DNA of 64,000 bases from Octopus vulgaris (Eukaryota). The DNA lies in assembly GCA_951406725.2 (NCBI GenBank), contig OX597827.1, forward strand, positions 38,006,001 to 38,070,000, given 5' to 3'. The position numbers and the translations under genes are program-made. The notes under the pieces were generated by a model. That model was not told the DNA's origin and ran no database searches. It worked only from the letters and a program-made list of their open reading frames with translations. Below are positions 35,732-48,037 of the stretch, in pieces (the stretch's first letter is position 1; the number at the start of each line of letters is the position of its first letter).

Positions 35732-38700
35732 TTATGATGAATTCAGGTTGTCCATTATGGTATCAACTTGTTTTAGTTCTAGAAATATAAAATAAAAAAA
35801 AATTCACTTTAAGAAGAATGGAGAAAAAATTGAAAAAAATTCAATCACAATAATCATAAATCTTGCTTTAAAATTAGTTTTTCCAAATTGGAAATGAGCA
35901 AATGTCATCTCATATTTGTGGCATAATATCCAGAGACAAATCTGCCTCACTTCCTCTCACTTTGTCAACACACTTTTCATTCATCTTCTATTATTTACAT
36001 GTCCCTCTCAGTTAGCATAGTTATCTCTCCTTCATATACTGATTAATACCTTTAATGCCCTGACACTTTCTCAACTCATTTATACTGTCTCTCATGGAAG
36101 ATGTTATACACACAACAGATTATATTCAATTTCTCTCCAGTCTCCATATTCAGTGTCTATATTGTTGATGTTATCCCCAAATCACCCCATAACTAATGTA
36201 CCTCATCTATGACGCCCACCACACTCAATCAGCACCAGTGTATCAAGGACCTTTGTAGGGATGTGAGGCTTCCTCTAGGAGATACAAGCAAAGGCGTCTA
36301 CTCAATGTCTTTGAGCATAACAGACCTGGTCCTCTAGATTGGTAGATGGACAGAAGGTTAACAGGACTGCCAGCTAAAAACATTAGATAGAAAGCAAAAA
36401 AAAACTCACTTATCTTGAGGAAAGAAAGTTCCCTGCCTCAGAAATTGATGACATCCTCTGGCTAAAGCTCTTCTGAGGTTAAAGTGCCCTCTGACATCAG
36501 GACATGAAGATGATATCTATACACAAGTAATAGCACTCAAAACTATCTAACAATGTAAAATTTTCTTAAGTAACCAACAGGAATAAGAATCATCTCAGCA
36601 ACAGACAAACAAGATGAAAAGAACTGGGAGTTACTAGAAAGACAGCATGAGAAAGGAGAACTTGGATGTCCTATGTATCACAGGAGACTGAAAGGCTGAG
36701 ATGAACTGCAACTAAACCTACATTATTCAATATACACTTTTTTTAACATGGTAAAGTTAAAAAAGGTTGTTGAATGAGCAGAATGCATAGGATAAATAAG
36801 GTTTACCTCATGCTAACAGAGTGAGCAGCAATTCAAACTGACAACAGTGTGACGGAAAGACAAAGTACTAGAGTCAATATAACTGACTAAGGTCTTGAAA
36901 TTAGTATGAAGGTTAGTTGCAGTTTATGAAATGAAACTAGTAAGGGACAAAAAAATATTCAAAACATTATACTTCAGAGTCCTTAATATTACCACATCAC
37001 TTGAGAGAAATATCTAGACCAAGAAAATTTCACAGTTAAGTAGTATGTAATACAAACATATTAACAAAAAATTTAATACATAGAAAGAGTGATTTGAAAA
37101 AAAAATATTAGTTCAATTTTATATTATAGTATCAATAAACAGTCATGATATATTGAAATCCAACATTTGTAAATAGCTGAATAATAAAAAAACTTTTAAA
37201 TTACTATATTATATGTCTTAATGCCTTACCTTTAATGATTTCGAACTGATAACATAATCAACCCGCCACTGAACTGAGTTCATATGTGATACTAAATTAA
37301 AAAAGAAACATAAAGAATTAATATATTTGTATACTTGCTGTAAGCCTAATTTCCTCCAATAAAGGAGGAATATGTAATGATTATTATTTTTAACTTGTTT
37401 CGCTGGAGGCCATCCATGGATTTACAATCTAGAATTGTGATGAATCATAGCCCTGCCATAAGTATACCAGGTATGCCAACAGAGAGCTTATGAAATATTT
37501 TGCCTGGATTGATAATCCCTCACTATTAGCTATATATGTATGTATATCAATATCACACCAACACAAATATATACATATACACAAACATATATATAAACAC
37601 ATATGCATACATACATAGCTTGCCAGCTGCGATGTAAACAACATTGATGATGTCAAAACTAAATTGGTAACTCTCTCTCTCTCTCCCCTAAACAGGAAAT
37701 TTTAAAATTTGTGTGTGTGTCTGTGTGTGTTCCAGTGTGTGTGCATGGTTAGTTGAATCATAATGTATACCTGTTTGATAATGCACATTATTACATCAAC
37801 CAATCACTGAGTTTTTAAAGCAACTGTAAGGATTTATCAAAGACTGTCATTATTTTTTCTTAATTATAATTCTGCTGATTTAATACCTTTATAAATGACC
37901 TGATGTCATATATAACTGCTTGGCTATGTGGTAAGAAGCGTGTTTCCCAACCACATGGTTCAGGACTCAGTCTCAGTGCAAGCACCTTGAGCAAGTGTTT
38001 CATATTATAGCCTTGGGCTGACCAAAACCTTGCGAGTGGATTTGGTAGATGGAAACTGAAAGAAGCCTGTTGTATATATGTACATATATGTGTGTGTGTC
38101 TCTGTGTCTGTCCTCACTACCACCACCACCACCACTTGACAATCAGTGCTGGTGTGTTTATGACCCCATAACTTAGTGGTTTGGCAAGAGATCGACAGAA
38201 TAAGTACCAGTCTTTAAAAAAATAAGTACTGGGGTCAATACATTTGACTAAAAATTCTTTGAGATGGTGTCCCAGTATGGCCACAATCTAGTGACTGAAA
38301 CCAGTGAAAGATATATAGTTGATATTATAAGAATTTAGAAACTTTGAGAGAATGTAAAATAATTCTTTTTCAGAATGTTTTTGAACAAATAGGGTGTGTA
38401 TACACATAATAACACTTGGTAACAAATAGAGTGTCTCTATATACACTGAGTATTATCAACATAACAAGTGAGCAAAATAAGGTTCACCTCAATTGTTCTG
38501 TATAGACTGTGTTGAGTCAGTCAGCCTAAAATTTAAAGTTTGTAAGTTAGTGGATATTAGTTGATACTTTTTCAACTATTGTACTTAAAATGTACTTAGC
38601 AGACCCAAGTCCTTATTTTTATCTCAGCATTTTACCCTGACAATATAATAAGTAGCACACAATTTCTATTGATTTAATGTGCTTTAGCTAGCATACTAAC

Positions 38701-38818
38701 TAGAATATGTGAGAACTACTAAATATTTTATACTTACTTCGTAAACTTTGTTTGCGTAACTGTTCCTGAAACTTGGTTACATTATCACCATAGAGTTTAC
38801 AAAGTGGTATAGAATGTT
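35732..38818 (-). pseudogene. COMMD4: COMMD4 3' gene fragment (three exons)
   Basis: 38818-38738 EHSIPLCKLYGDNVTKFQEQLRKQSLR; 37291-37230 ISHMNSVQWRVDYVISSKSLK; 35778-35732 ELKQVDTIMDNLNSS*. Compare human [47 protein letters not shown]...ELKQAQTLMSSLG. The first acceptor is AT; the penultimate exon and 5' exons were not found. Confidence 0.85.
37915..38315 (+). mobile_element. CORE-type SINE
   Basis: Homolog of 615-998. Confidence 0.75.
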
Positions 38819-38874
38819 ATGGAATGATATATAAGATAGGTATTCAAAAATGCATTAAATAGTATCTAAAACAC

Positions 38875-39300
38875 AATCATCACCATCATTACATATAGGC
38901 TAGATGGTTTTACAGGATCCAATGTGTACAAGGACCATGCTGTCTTCTAGTGTCTGCAACGGCCTAGTTTCTATGGCTGGATAACCTTCCTAACACCAAT
39001 CACTTTAAAATGTGTACTGAGTGCATGGTGAGGTCACAAAACTACAAGACCTGTGGTGGTGGTGATGGTGGGTGTCGTGTATGGAAGAAAATGAGGGGTT
39101 AAAGTATGAAGGAAAGGGAGAAGGGAGAGGCAAATATGTTCTTGTAGAGGAGCAACATGGTTACTCAACTTTAAGAACGAGAATGAGAATGATTAGAAGG
39201 AGCAGCAAGTCTGGGTGTTTACTTAATGTACAAGGTGAGTATAAGTGTGTTGAGACAGAGTGTGAGCAGGTTGGGATTTGCAAGAGTGTACGGTGAAACC
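38875..39300 (-). mobile_element. Decayed RTE 3'UTR (antisense)
   Basis: Reverse complement resembles 5005-5330 plus 10374-10485. Confidence 0.55.
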
Positions 39301-39399
39301 AGAAGTCCTTATCTCATCTTGTCTTCCTTTGCTTTTCTTCCATGAACACCTAAAGGCCTTAAGCCAATACCACCCCTACTATATAAGGTAGTGACCATA

Positions 39400-42300
39400 C
39401 GGCGCAAAACATGATAGTGTTGTGAAGCAGGTTGAACTTAAGATCATTGCTTTGCTTATGAATTCTGCCAAATGCGAGCTTTCTTTTCAGGTACATGACA
39501 CCACTGCTCCCCGTCCCTGGGCCTCTAGGGCCCATACCTTCCACACCCTCAGGGTTGGCACTCTCAACGTAGGCACACTGAAAGGTAGGTCTGGTGAGAT
39601 TGTTGAGATGCTTGAACGGAGACGAGTTGATATCTGTTGCATCCAAGAAGTAAGGTGGAGAGGCGGTTCTGCTAGGTTCCTCACAGGCAAAGGAAACAGG
39701 TACAAGATTTTCTGGGCAGGAAACACTGATGGGGTTGGAGGCGTGGGTATACCTCTCGTTGAAAAATTGGTAGATAAGGTACTTGAGGTAATCAGAGTAA
39801 GTGACAGAATACTTAAGATTAGAATAGTGCTTCATCATAGATTAGCAACCATTATATTGGCCTATGCCCCTCAGCCAGAACTACCCGATGGACAGAAAGA
39901 CAGTTTCTATGACACCCTACTGCAGACCACCTCATTGACGAACGACAGGGACCTTCTCTTTGTGGCTGGTGACTTCAATGGGCATGTTGGACGATATGCA
40001 GGGGCCTTCCATGGCGTACATGGAAGCTATGGTTATGGTTCCCGCAATGAGGAAGGGAACCAGGCTGCTGGAGTTCTGCGATGCGAATAGTCTTATGGTT
40101 TGCAACACTAACTTCAGGAAACCGACAAGCCACCTGGTCACCTACCGATCGGGCCGGCATACTAGCCAAATCGACTACATCCTTGCCAGAAAAAGGGAAA
40201 GAAGGCTGCTTATAAATGCCAAAACCTTCCCAGGCGAAGAATGCACCCCACAACATAGACTGGTAGTTAGTGACTTTAGGATCAGGACTAAGAGGATGAC
40301 TAGAAGATGACCAACATGGAGAAGAAGGGTCTGGAAGCTTAAAGACCCTGCGAATGGACAGAGATTTAGAGATATGTTACTTGAAGCCTTTGACGAAATA
40401 GAAGTGGGTATAGCTACACATGGTGTAGAAGACAACTGGACGCTTCTGAGGGACAACCTGCTGAAAGCCACTGACCAGATCTGTGACTGGTGCAAAGTCC
40501 CCTCAAGACCCAAAATAACGTGGTGGTGGAACAATATTGTTGACAGGGCTATTAGACAAAAGAAACAGGCTTGGAAGGACTGGAAGAACGGTGGTAGCAG
40601 GGAAGTGTATCAGACTGCCAGAAGGGAAGCTAGGAGGCAGGTGTATTTAGCCAGAGGGAAAGCAGATAAGAAAAAATTTGCCAACGTTCTGCGCCGTGAG
40701 GATGAAAGACTTGAGGTATTTCGTGTTGCAAGACAGTGTGTGAGAGAGAATCGTGACGTGGTAGGAGAGAAATGTGTTCGCAAGGATGACGGTTCACTTG
40801 TGCTAAATGAGGATGCAAAGAGAGAGGTTTGGAGACGCCAATATGAAAGGTCGCTGAATGAGGAAAATGAATGGGATAAAGAGAGTCTGCCGAATGTCGA
40901 CCCAACAGAGGGACCAGCAATCCGAGTTGACAGTTCCTTAGTAGTTAAGGCAATTACAAGCATGAAAACAGGGAAAGCCCCAGGCCCATCAGGAATTACT
41001 GTAGAGATGCTCAAAATATCTGGTAGTGTCGGCTTTAGCCTAGTCACCCATATAGTTAACCAGGTGATACACGAAGGAGTCATACCCAATGACTGGTGTA
41101 GCAGCATACTAGTCAACTGCTACAAAGGTAAAGGTGACGCCCTAGATACAAATAACTACAGGGGTATTAAGCTGGTGGATCAGGTAATGAAGGTTACGGA
41201 GAGGGTTATAGCCCAACTTATTAGAGAGAGAGTTAGCTTAGATGAGATGCAGTTTGGGTTCGTGCCAGGGAAAAGTACTACTGATGCTATATTCCTGGTA
41301 AGACAGCTGCCGGAGAAATACCTAGCCAAAGATAAGCCCTGTACCTGGCTTTTGTTGACATGGAGAAAGCCTTCGACAGGGTCCCCCGATCTCTTATCTG
41401 GTGGTCAATGAGGAAACTAGGGATAGATGAATGGTTAGTGAGAGCTGTACGAGCCATGTACAGAGATGCTGCTAGCAAGGTGAGGGTTGGCAATTGAGTA
41501 CAGTGAAGAATTCCGGGTAGAGGTTGGGGTCCACCAAGGTTCAGTCCTCAGTCCCCTCCTATTTATCATAGTCCTCCAGGCAATAACGGAGGAATTCAAG
41601 ACAGGATGCCCCTGGGAGCTCCTCTATGCTGATGACTTTGCTCTAATTGCTGAGTCACTATCAGAACTGGAGGAGAAGTTTCAGGTGTGGAAGCAAGGAT
41701 TAGAATCGAAGGGCCTTAGAATCAACCTAGCCAAAACCAAAGTCCTAATAAGTAGGAAGGTAGACCAATCACAAACGACTTCAGGTAGATGGCCCTGCTC
41801 GATCTGTAGAAAAGGTGCACCAAGTGTAAGCTATGGACACATAAGAGGTGCAGCAATGTCAAAGGAAGGCTAACTAGGAAAATAGTTTTTGAATGTGGCT
41901 GATGCTCAGGAGCAATAAACACTGGAAATGTGCAGAGACCAACTTCTACCACGTTCCAGGGAGTCAAACTAGAAGTAGTTGATAGCTTCCGATACCTAGG
42001 TGACCAAGTCAGTAGCGGGGGTGGGTGTGCTGAAAGTGTAACTGCTAGAGTAAGAATAGCCTGGGCAAAGTTTAGAGAGCTCTTACCCCTGCTGGTGACA
42101 AAAGGCCTCTCGCTCAGAGTAAAAGGCAGACTGTATGATGCATGTGAACGTACAGCCATGCTATATGGTAGGGAAACATGGGCCGTGACTGCTGAGGATA
42201 TGCGTAAGCTCGCAAGAAATGAAGACAGTATGCTCTGATGGATGTGTAATGTCAGTGTTCATAATCGACAGAGTGTAAGTACCTTGAGAGAAAAGTTGGA

Positions 42301-43192
42301 CCTAAGAAGCATCAGTTGTGGTGTGCAAGAGAGACGTTTGCACTGGTATGGTCATGTGACGAGAATGGCTGAAGATAGTTGTGTGCAAAAGTGCCACACC
42401 CTAGCAGTTGAGGGAACCTGTGGAAGCGGTCGACCCAGGAAAACCTGGGACGAGGTGGTGAAGCACAACCTTCTCACTTTAGGTATCACCAAGGAAATGA
42501 CTAGAGACCGAGACCTATGGAAGTATGCTGTGCGTGAGAAGACCCGGCAAGACTAGTGAGACCATAACCCGTGGCCTCTACCTGGTATGTAGCCAGTCGA
42601 CTTATACATACCTTTCCTTTTGGGACACAAAACTCCACTTGTGAAGACCCGTTGAGGTAAGTGAAAATCAAAATCAAAATCAAATCAAACCAAATCAAAT
42701 CAGATATCAGAAGCAGAACCAAAATCGAAGTCGATCAACATCAATGGAAATTGCAGCTGTGATACCAGTGCCGGTAACAAGTAAGCGAACCATCCGATTG
42801 TGGCCATTGCCAGTGCCGCCCCGACTGGCCTCCGTGCCAGTGACACGTAAAAAGCACCATCCGTTCATGGCCGTTGCCAGCACCGCCCCGACTGGCCTCC
42901 GTGCTGGTGGCACGTAAAAGCACCATCCGTTTGTGTCCGTTGCCAGCCTCACCTGGCCCCCGTGCCGGTGGCACGTAAAAGCACCATCTGTTCGTGGCCG
43001 TTTGCCAGCTCCATCTGGCTCCTGTGCAGGTGGCACGTAAGCACCCACTACACTCGCGGAGTGGTTGGTGTTAGGAAGGGCATCCAGCTGTAGAAACACT
43101 GCCAGATCAGACTGGGCCTGATGCAGCCTTCTGGCTTCACAGACCCCAGTTGAACCGTCCAACCCATGCTAGCATGGAAAACGGATGCTAAA

Positions 43193-43233
<41 letters not shown>
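39400..43233 (+). mobile_element. Near full-length RTE-clade LINE, inactivated by frameshifts and stops
   Basis: AP endonuclease (TLNVGTL..CIQEVRW..AGDFNGH..SQIDY..QH), RT (QFGF, GVHQGSVLSPLLF, LLYADD), RTE-type C-terminus GRPRKTW, long 3'UTR ending in (GAT)n. Confidence 0.93.
42790..43045 (+). repeat. ~55-67-bp minisatellite in the RTE 3'UTR
   Basis: About four copies of CCATCCGTT..GGCCGTTGCCAG...GTGGCACGTAAAAGCA. Confidence 0.8.
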
Positions 43234-43234
<1 letters not shown>

Positions 43235-44813
43235 CCAAAATTTGAAACCAATATTTAGTCACATCAATGTGGTAAGCTGGCAAAATCATTAGCACACTGA
43301 GCAAAATACTTGGTGGCATCTCACCTATCTTATGTTCTGAGTTCAAATTCTGCCAAATACCCACTTCCCGAAATTGCTGGTCTTGTTCCAAAATTTAAAA
43401 TCAATATTTAGTTACATATGCGTTCAAACCCCATCAAAGTCAACACAGCCTTTTATCTTTCCAGGTTGATAAAATAAAACCAGTCAAATAATGGATTTGA
43501 TTTAATCAACTGTTCTCTGCTAGCAAAATATGTAGCTTTATGCCGCCTGTTAGGAAACATTATTATTAGGATGATGGCATGTCACATTACTTCATTTATG
43601 TCCCCAATTTTGTAAGTTCATGAGCCTTTTCAAGGAATATAAATCTACAGGCTTCAGTCTACTTGGTTGATAAAAATGCATTTTATTCTCTGTTCCCTGG
43701 GTTAAGTGGTAACAGGTAGCTGTAACTGTAAATTTGCTCCAACACAAAACAAAAATTTAACATCTTGGCTATATGTTAACACAGAACAATGGAAATAAAA
43801 CTGTCATAAAAATAGAATTCTGAGAGGATAGCTGCTTTATTTGTGTGAAAGATATAATCATTAAACCAATGATGACAGTAATAATTTCTTGATATTTTAT
43901 TTGTAGACTCTGAAAACATTATCTAACATGTACCTTGCTATTCCAATGAGTGGTGATAATCCATGGGTGTTGAGCAAGGAGCATGTTGTTGTGGCTTTTA
44001 GACTGAGGGTAAAGTATTCTACTGTTTAACTATTTTCTTTTATAATCTTTAACTAATTGTGAAGATAGACTCAGCAGATACCATATTATGCTAAAGAAGA
44101 TTAATTTTGATTGAATATACTTTGAGAAGAGTAAATACTGTAAAAGATATAACATGAATCTTGATTGTAGGGCCTAAATTATCCTAAAAACTTTAGAGTA
44201 ACATGTAACATGCAGTGTTGCATATTTACTCCAAAAGTACATCTATTTTAATCTAGTCAGTAGCTGACTTTCATTTTTGTGGTCCTAAAGTTTGAACTAT
44301 TACATCCCACACCTTCCACTCTTGTAGGATAATTATAGAATACCTTTCAGCAAGATGTGAAAGGCCCTACTACCCATGCAAGGACTTTGAAGCCCAAAGG
44401 ATGGAAAATGTGAAATCTATGGAAAAAAGGGCCATGCAGTGAGCCTCTTTCTCCCAGTAACATGCACTGAGTGATCACTGTTACCTTTTTCGATATGCTT
44501 GTTCCATGACAGATTACTAGAAATTTTTAAATAAAATTTAACCAGCACATCTCAGCTTTTGGTTTAAATTGCTATACTGTGTTACTTCTCATATAGTTTT
44601 TAAGATATGGAAGGATGAAAATTAGGCATTATTTATGCTTGATGATATGTAGATTAATGAAATAAAACATAGCAAAGACTAGAGTTAATATAATCTTTCA
44701 TTTTAAACACCTGTGAGAATACATATTACATGAACCACATTTCACAAACTGCTCTTTTTTCTGCAATTTATTCATGTAAACTTAACTTTTATCATATTAA
44801 GAGTTTCCTTGCA

Positions 44814-45104
44814 ATGTCATTCTTTACAGACTGTTTGGATAAAGAATGTAAGCGCTCTTCAGTAATAGTAGAGTGAAATTTGTTCTTTATAAAGACTATC
44901 TTTGAGGAATTATTTTCTGCTTCGCAGCTCATGATAGACATTGTCAAGTACCTTGTATGTCATTCTTTACAGACTATATGGATAAAGAATTTAAGTGCTC
45001 TTCAGTAATAATAGAGTGAAATTTGTTCTTTATAAAGACTATCTTTGAGGAATTATTTTCTGCTTCACAGCTCATGATAGACATTGACATGTACATTGTA
45101 TGTC
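44814..45104. repeat. 143-bp tandem duplication
   Basis: ATGTCATTCTTTACAGACT... starts at 44814 and 44957; ATGTC recurs at 45100. Confidence 0.9.
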
Positions 45105-46109
45105 CTTGTAGATGAACACAGCCAAGTGTATGCACATATTTATCTAAAGTATCTCAGATCAAGAATCTTTTGAACATCTTACAAATTTTTGCTGTGCCAT
45201 TAACAGATTGGATTTTTTTTGTGCAGATCCCTAGATACATAGCCTAATGCACTTATGATGATATGTAAAAATGAAAATTTATAGCCTAGATTCAAGAGCT
45301 ATATATTTTGCATTAGTTTATCATAAATCTTACCTTTCACCAGAACGTTTGAGGCCACATTCACATCTACATGCCTCGTGTAATCCCTTTATGTATGAAA
45401 AGGAATAAACCCTGTATTTCAACAATTAGTCCAAATAATAGATATACTATCTAGCATATTCATTAGGTCAATTAATACAATTACAGTAATATTGTTTGTT
45501 CTCTTATTTTCCTTTTAATTCTCTTTCTGTTTCTGAAGGGTGTTGAAGTAGCTGAAGAAGTCATCACTCTGCCTGATAAAATAATTACAGAACCTGAGGA
45601 AATAGATATACAATTGAAAGTAAGCTTGTGTTTTCAAGTTACTTCTAGAAGATCACCGACAATTTTATTGTTGTTATTTATATATCTTGTCTGTATTTCT
45701 CTACTGTTACTCTATCTCTACTAAAACAATAGTGAAAACTAAGTTTTACTCTCAATTTTGCCTTTTCTGTTTCATTACCTGTAATACATGCATTGACTTC
45801 TTATATTAACTGGATGTATTAAAGCCAATGATGGAGACTCTTCATGATCACCCAGTATGCCAGAAATAGTAAAACCTTTCTCAAATCTTACCTTATCATC
45901 TAAAAAACTTGAAGAAGGCTACATTGGATAATGAAGTCCTAGATGCTCTATGCTTGAAGAGAATAATGATCATGACTGGAATACCATTAATTATAGGTCT
46001 GGCCTAGGGCTAAACAATAACTGGATGCATTGTCAGAGACTTGAATTGGCTTAATATTAAGCCAGTTGTTGAACCAAACATGCTGTTTAAAGAAATGCAT
46101 GTACTTTTA

Positions 46110-46151
<42 letters not shown>

Positions 46152-46510
46152 GTACACACCAGATACCTGTGACTATATTTACTTCTTTACATTTCAGATG
46201 AATGGTAAAGAAGAGGTGACGGTGAAATGCCTCATTATTTTGAAACATAAAGATCCTTCGAAAGACGTTATTCCTACCAACTTACCAACCACGTTAAAAA
46301 GACAAAAGGAGCACAGACAAATAAATACATAACGATTTACTCCTCACACAATTTCTTCAATTACAATTTACCTAGCATTTTTAAGAGTAGAATGCATCGG
46401 GTCATGCCAGGTCCAGTTTTTAAAATTTAAACTCCAATTAAGCAAAATTTACAGAAAACTCAATATTTTAACATTTCACTCCGAAAGCATTGATGTACAT
46501 GTGTGCGTGC

Positions 46511-46514
<4 letters not shown>

Positions 46515-46561
<47 letters not shown>
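46515..46561. repeat. (GT)n microsatellite
   Basis: Direct reading of the sequence. Confidence 0.95.
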
Positions 46562-46564
<3 letters not shown>

Positions 46565-47679
46565 TTGATGGGTTGTGCGACACAGAAAGTGTCGTGTGTA
46601 AGTGAAGTGCTTTTGTTAGTGTGTGTAAAGAGACAGAGAGTGAAAGACAGAAATAACTGAACTTTTTTTATTCACTTTTTGTAGTGAGTGACTGAGAGAG
46701 AAAAGAGAGAGAGAGAGGTTATGTATGTATATATGTATGTATGGCTTCAGTGACACACACACACAAAAACACATACCTACGTACACCTAAAGCACGCACA
46801 CGCACACACACACACAAGCGGAGCGCGAACTTCAAAATTTTGGTAGTATTGATTTGCGAGCGTACTTCTAAGCGCGCGTAATTGAAAGTTTTCACTATGA
46901 TATCATCACGTGCGAAAAAATTCGAAGGGTTTTGAACAATTGAGATACAGATGTCACGCCTGTATTGAAACCATTGCTAAGCTGCCGTAATTGCTTAATT
47001 AAGACTTTGTTTAAATTGAAAGGGGCAAATATGTGACGAGGTTGAAAAAAATACCCCAGAAATAAAAATGTACTGCTGGTATTTATATAATTCACTACTA
47101 TTTTGCTACAATGTCATGAAAAAGAAAAAATTTAGGTATGTACAACATATATTATACATTTTTTCTATTCATTCAACGAAAATAAAAAAATCGAATTCGC
47201 CATCCCCTTTTCCCCGTTCGCGTTTGTGTAAAAAAAATTATTATTTAAGTTTTAAAAATTATTTACTTTGTTCAAAAAATATTAATATTAATTAATTTTC
47301 AAGAATTATTTAATTTTATTCTGTAAAATAGTAATTAATTCATTTATCTGTAAATCCGCGAGGTTGTTACTCAGGCACCTAGAAATAGCAGCCAGATTTT
47401 TATATTCTAAATAATTTGCAATTTCAAAAAATATATTAATTTTGCGTTATTTAATTTGATAAATTCTACGGAATAATTTTGCGCGTTATATACGTTCGCG
47501 TTTCTGTAAAAAAAAGTAATTATTTAAGGGCGATCGAGTATCGAGTACCTACGTCTGGCTCGCACGCGCGAATCCGCGTGTGCGCAACCGGGACCACTCT
47601 GCGATACAAGTACCCATATATACATCCATACATACATGTGTGTGTGTGTCTATGTATGTGTATTAATGTGTGTGTGTTA

Positions 47680-48037
47680 TCTCTATATAAAGCTAAAGTT
47701 GTCTGTGTGCGCCACGTTTGGTAACCTTCAACTAACACTATCTCCTCCGAGACCCTGCGGCGCAAGTCGACCAAAATTGAGAGTATGATAGAAGAAGGGT
47801 TGCTCTTCCTTCCGTAGAACATAAAATTCAAATCGGACCATGTTAACACCAAAAATTATTTACATCAAAAAGATGCTTTTTTCTATGAAAATCCCTATTT
47901 TTTACGATTTTTTCACTGCTGTGTCGCCACTTTTCGGTGTATTTCGACCAGAAAAATGTTCACAAAATTTTTACTCTTCAAAATTACAATTCCAGCGGGT
48001 CGAAACAAACCCGAGCAACGCCGGGCGATACTGCTAG
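47680..48037 (+). mobile_element. Non-autonomous Helitron
   Basis: A|TCTCTATATAAAG 5' end, subterminal hairpin CCCGAGCAACGCCGGG, CTAG|T 3' end, no TSD. Confidence 0.85.

Noticed and set aside
36410-36516. Minus-strand AG..GT block as the missing COMMD4 exon
   Set aside because: Its translation (ISSSCPDVRGHFNLRR...) has no COMMD4 similarity, and it ends in phase 2 where phase 1 is needed.
39226-39240. ATGTACAAG|GTGAGT as the RTE first exon
   Set aside because: It is phase-compatible with the 39491 acceptor but lies in an antisense remnant of another element, so it is probably coincidental.
42790-43045. CRISPR-like repeat array
   Set aside because: Eukaryotic context, degenerate contiguous units with no unique spacers, no cas genes. 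It is a LINE 3'UTR minisatellite.
44045-44100. Possible upstream COMMD4 exon (LLSLSSQLVKD)
   Set aside because: Weak similarity, in-frame stop and no convincing splice sites.
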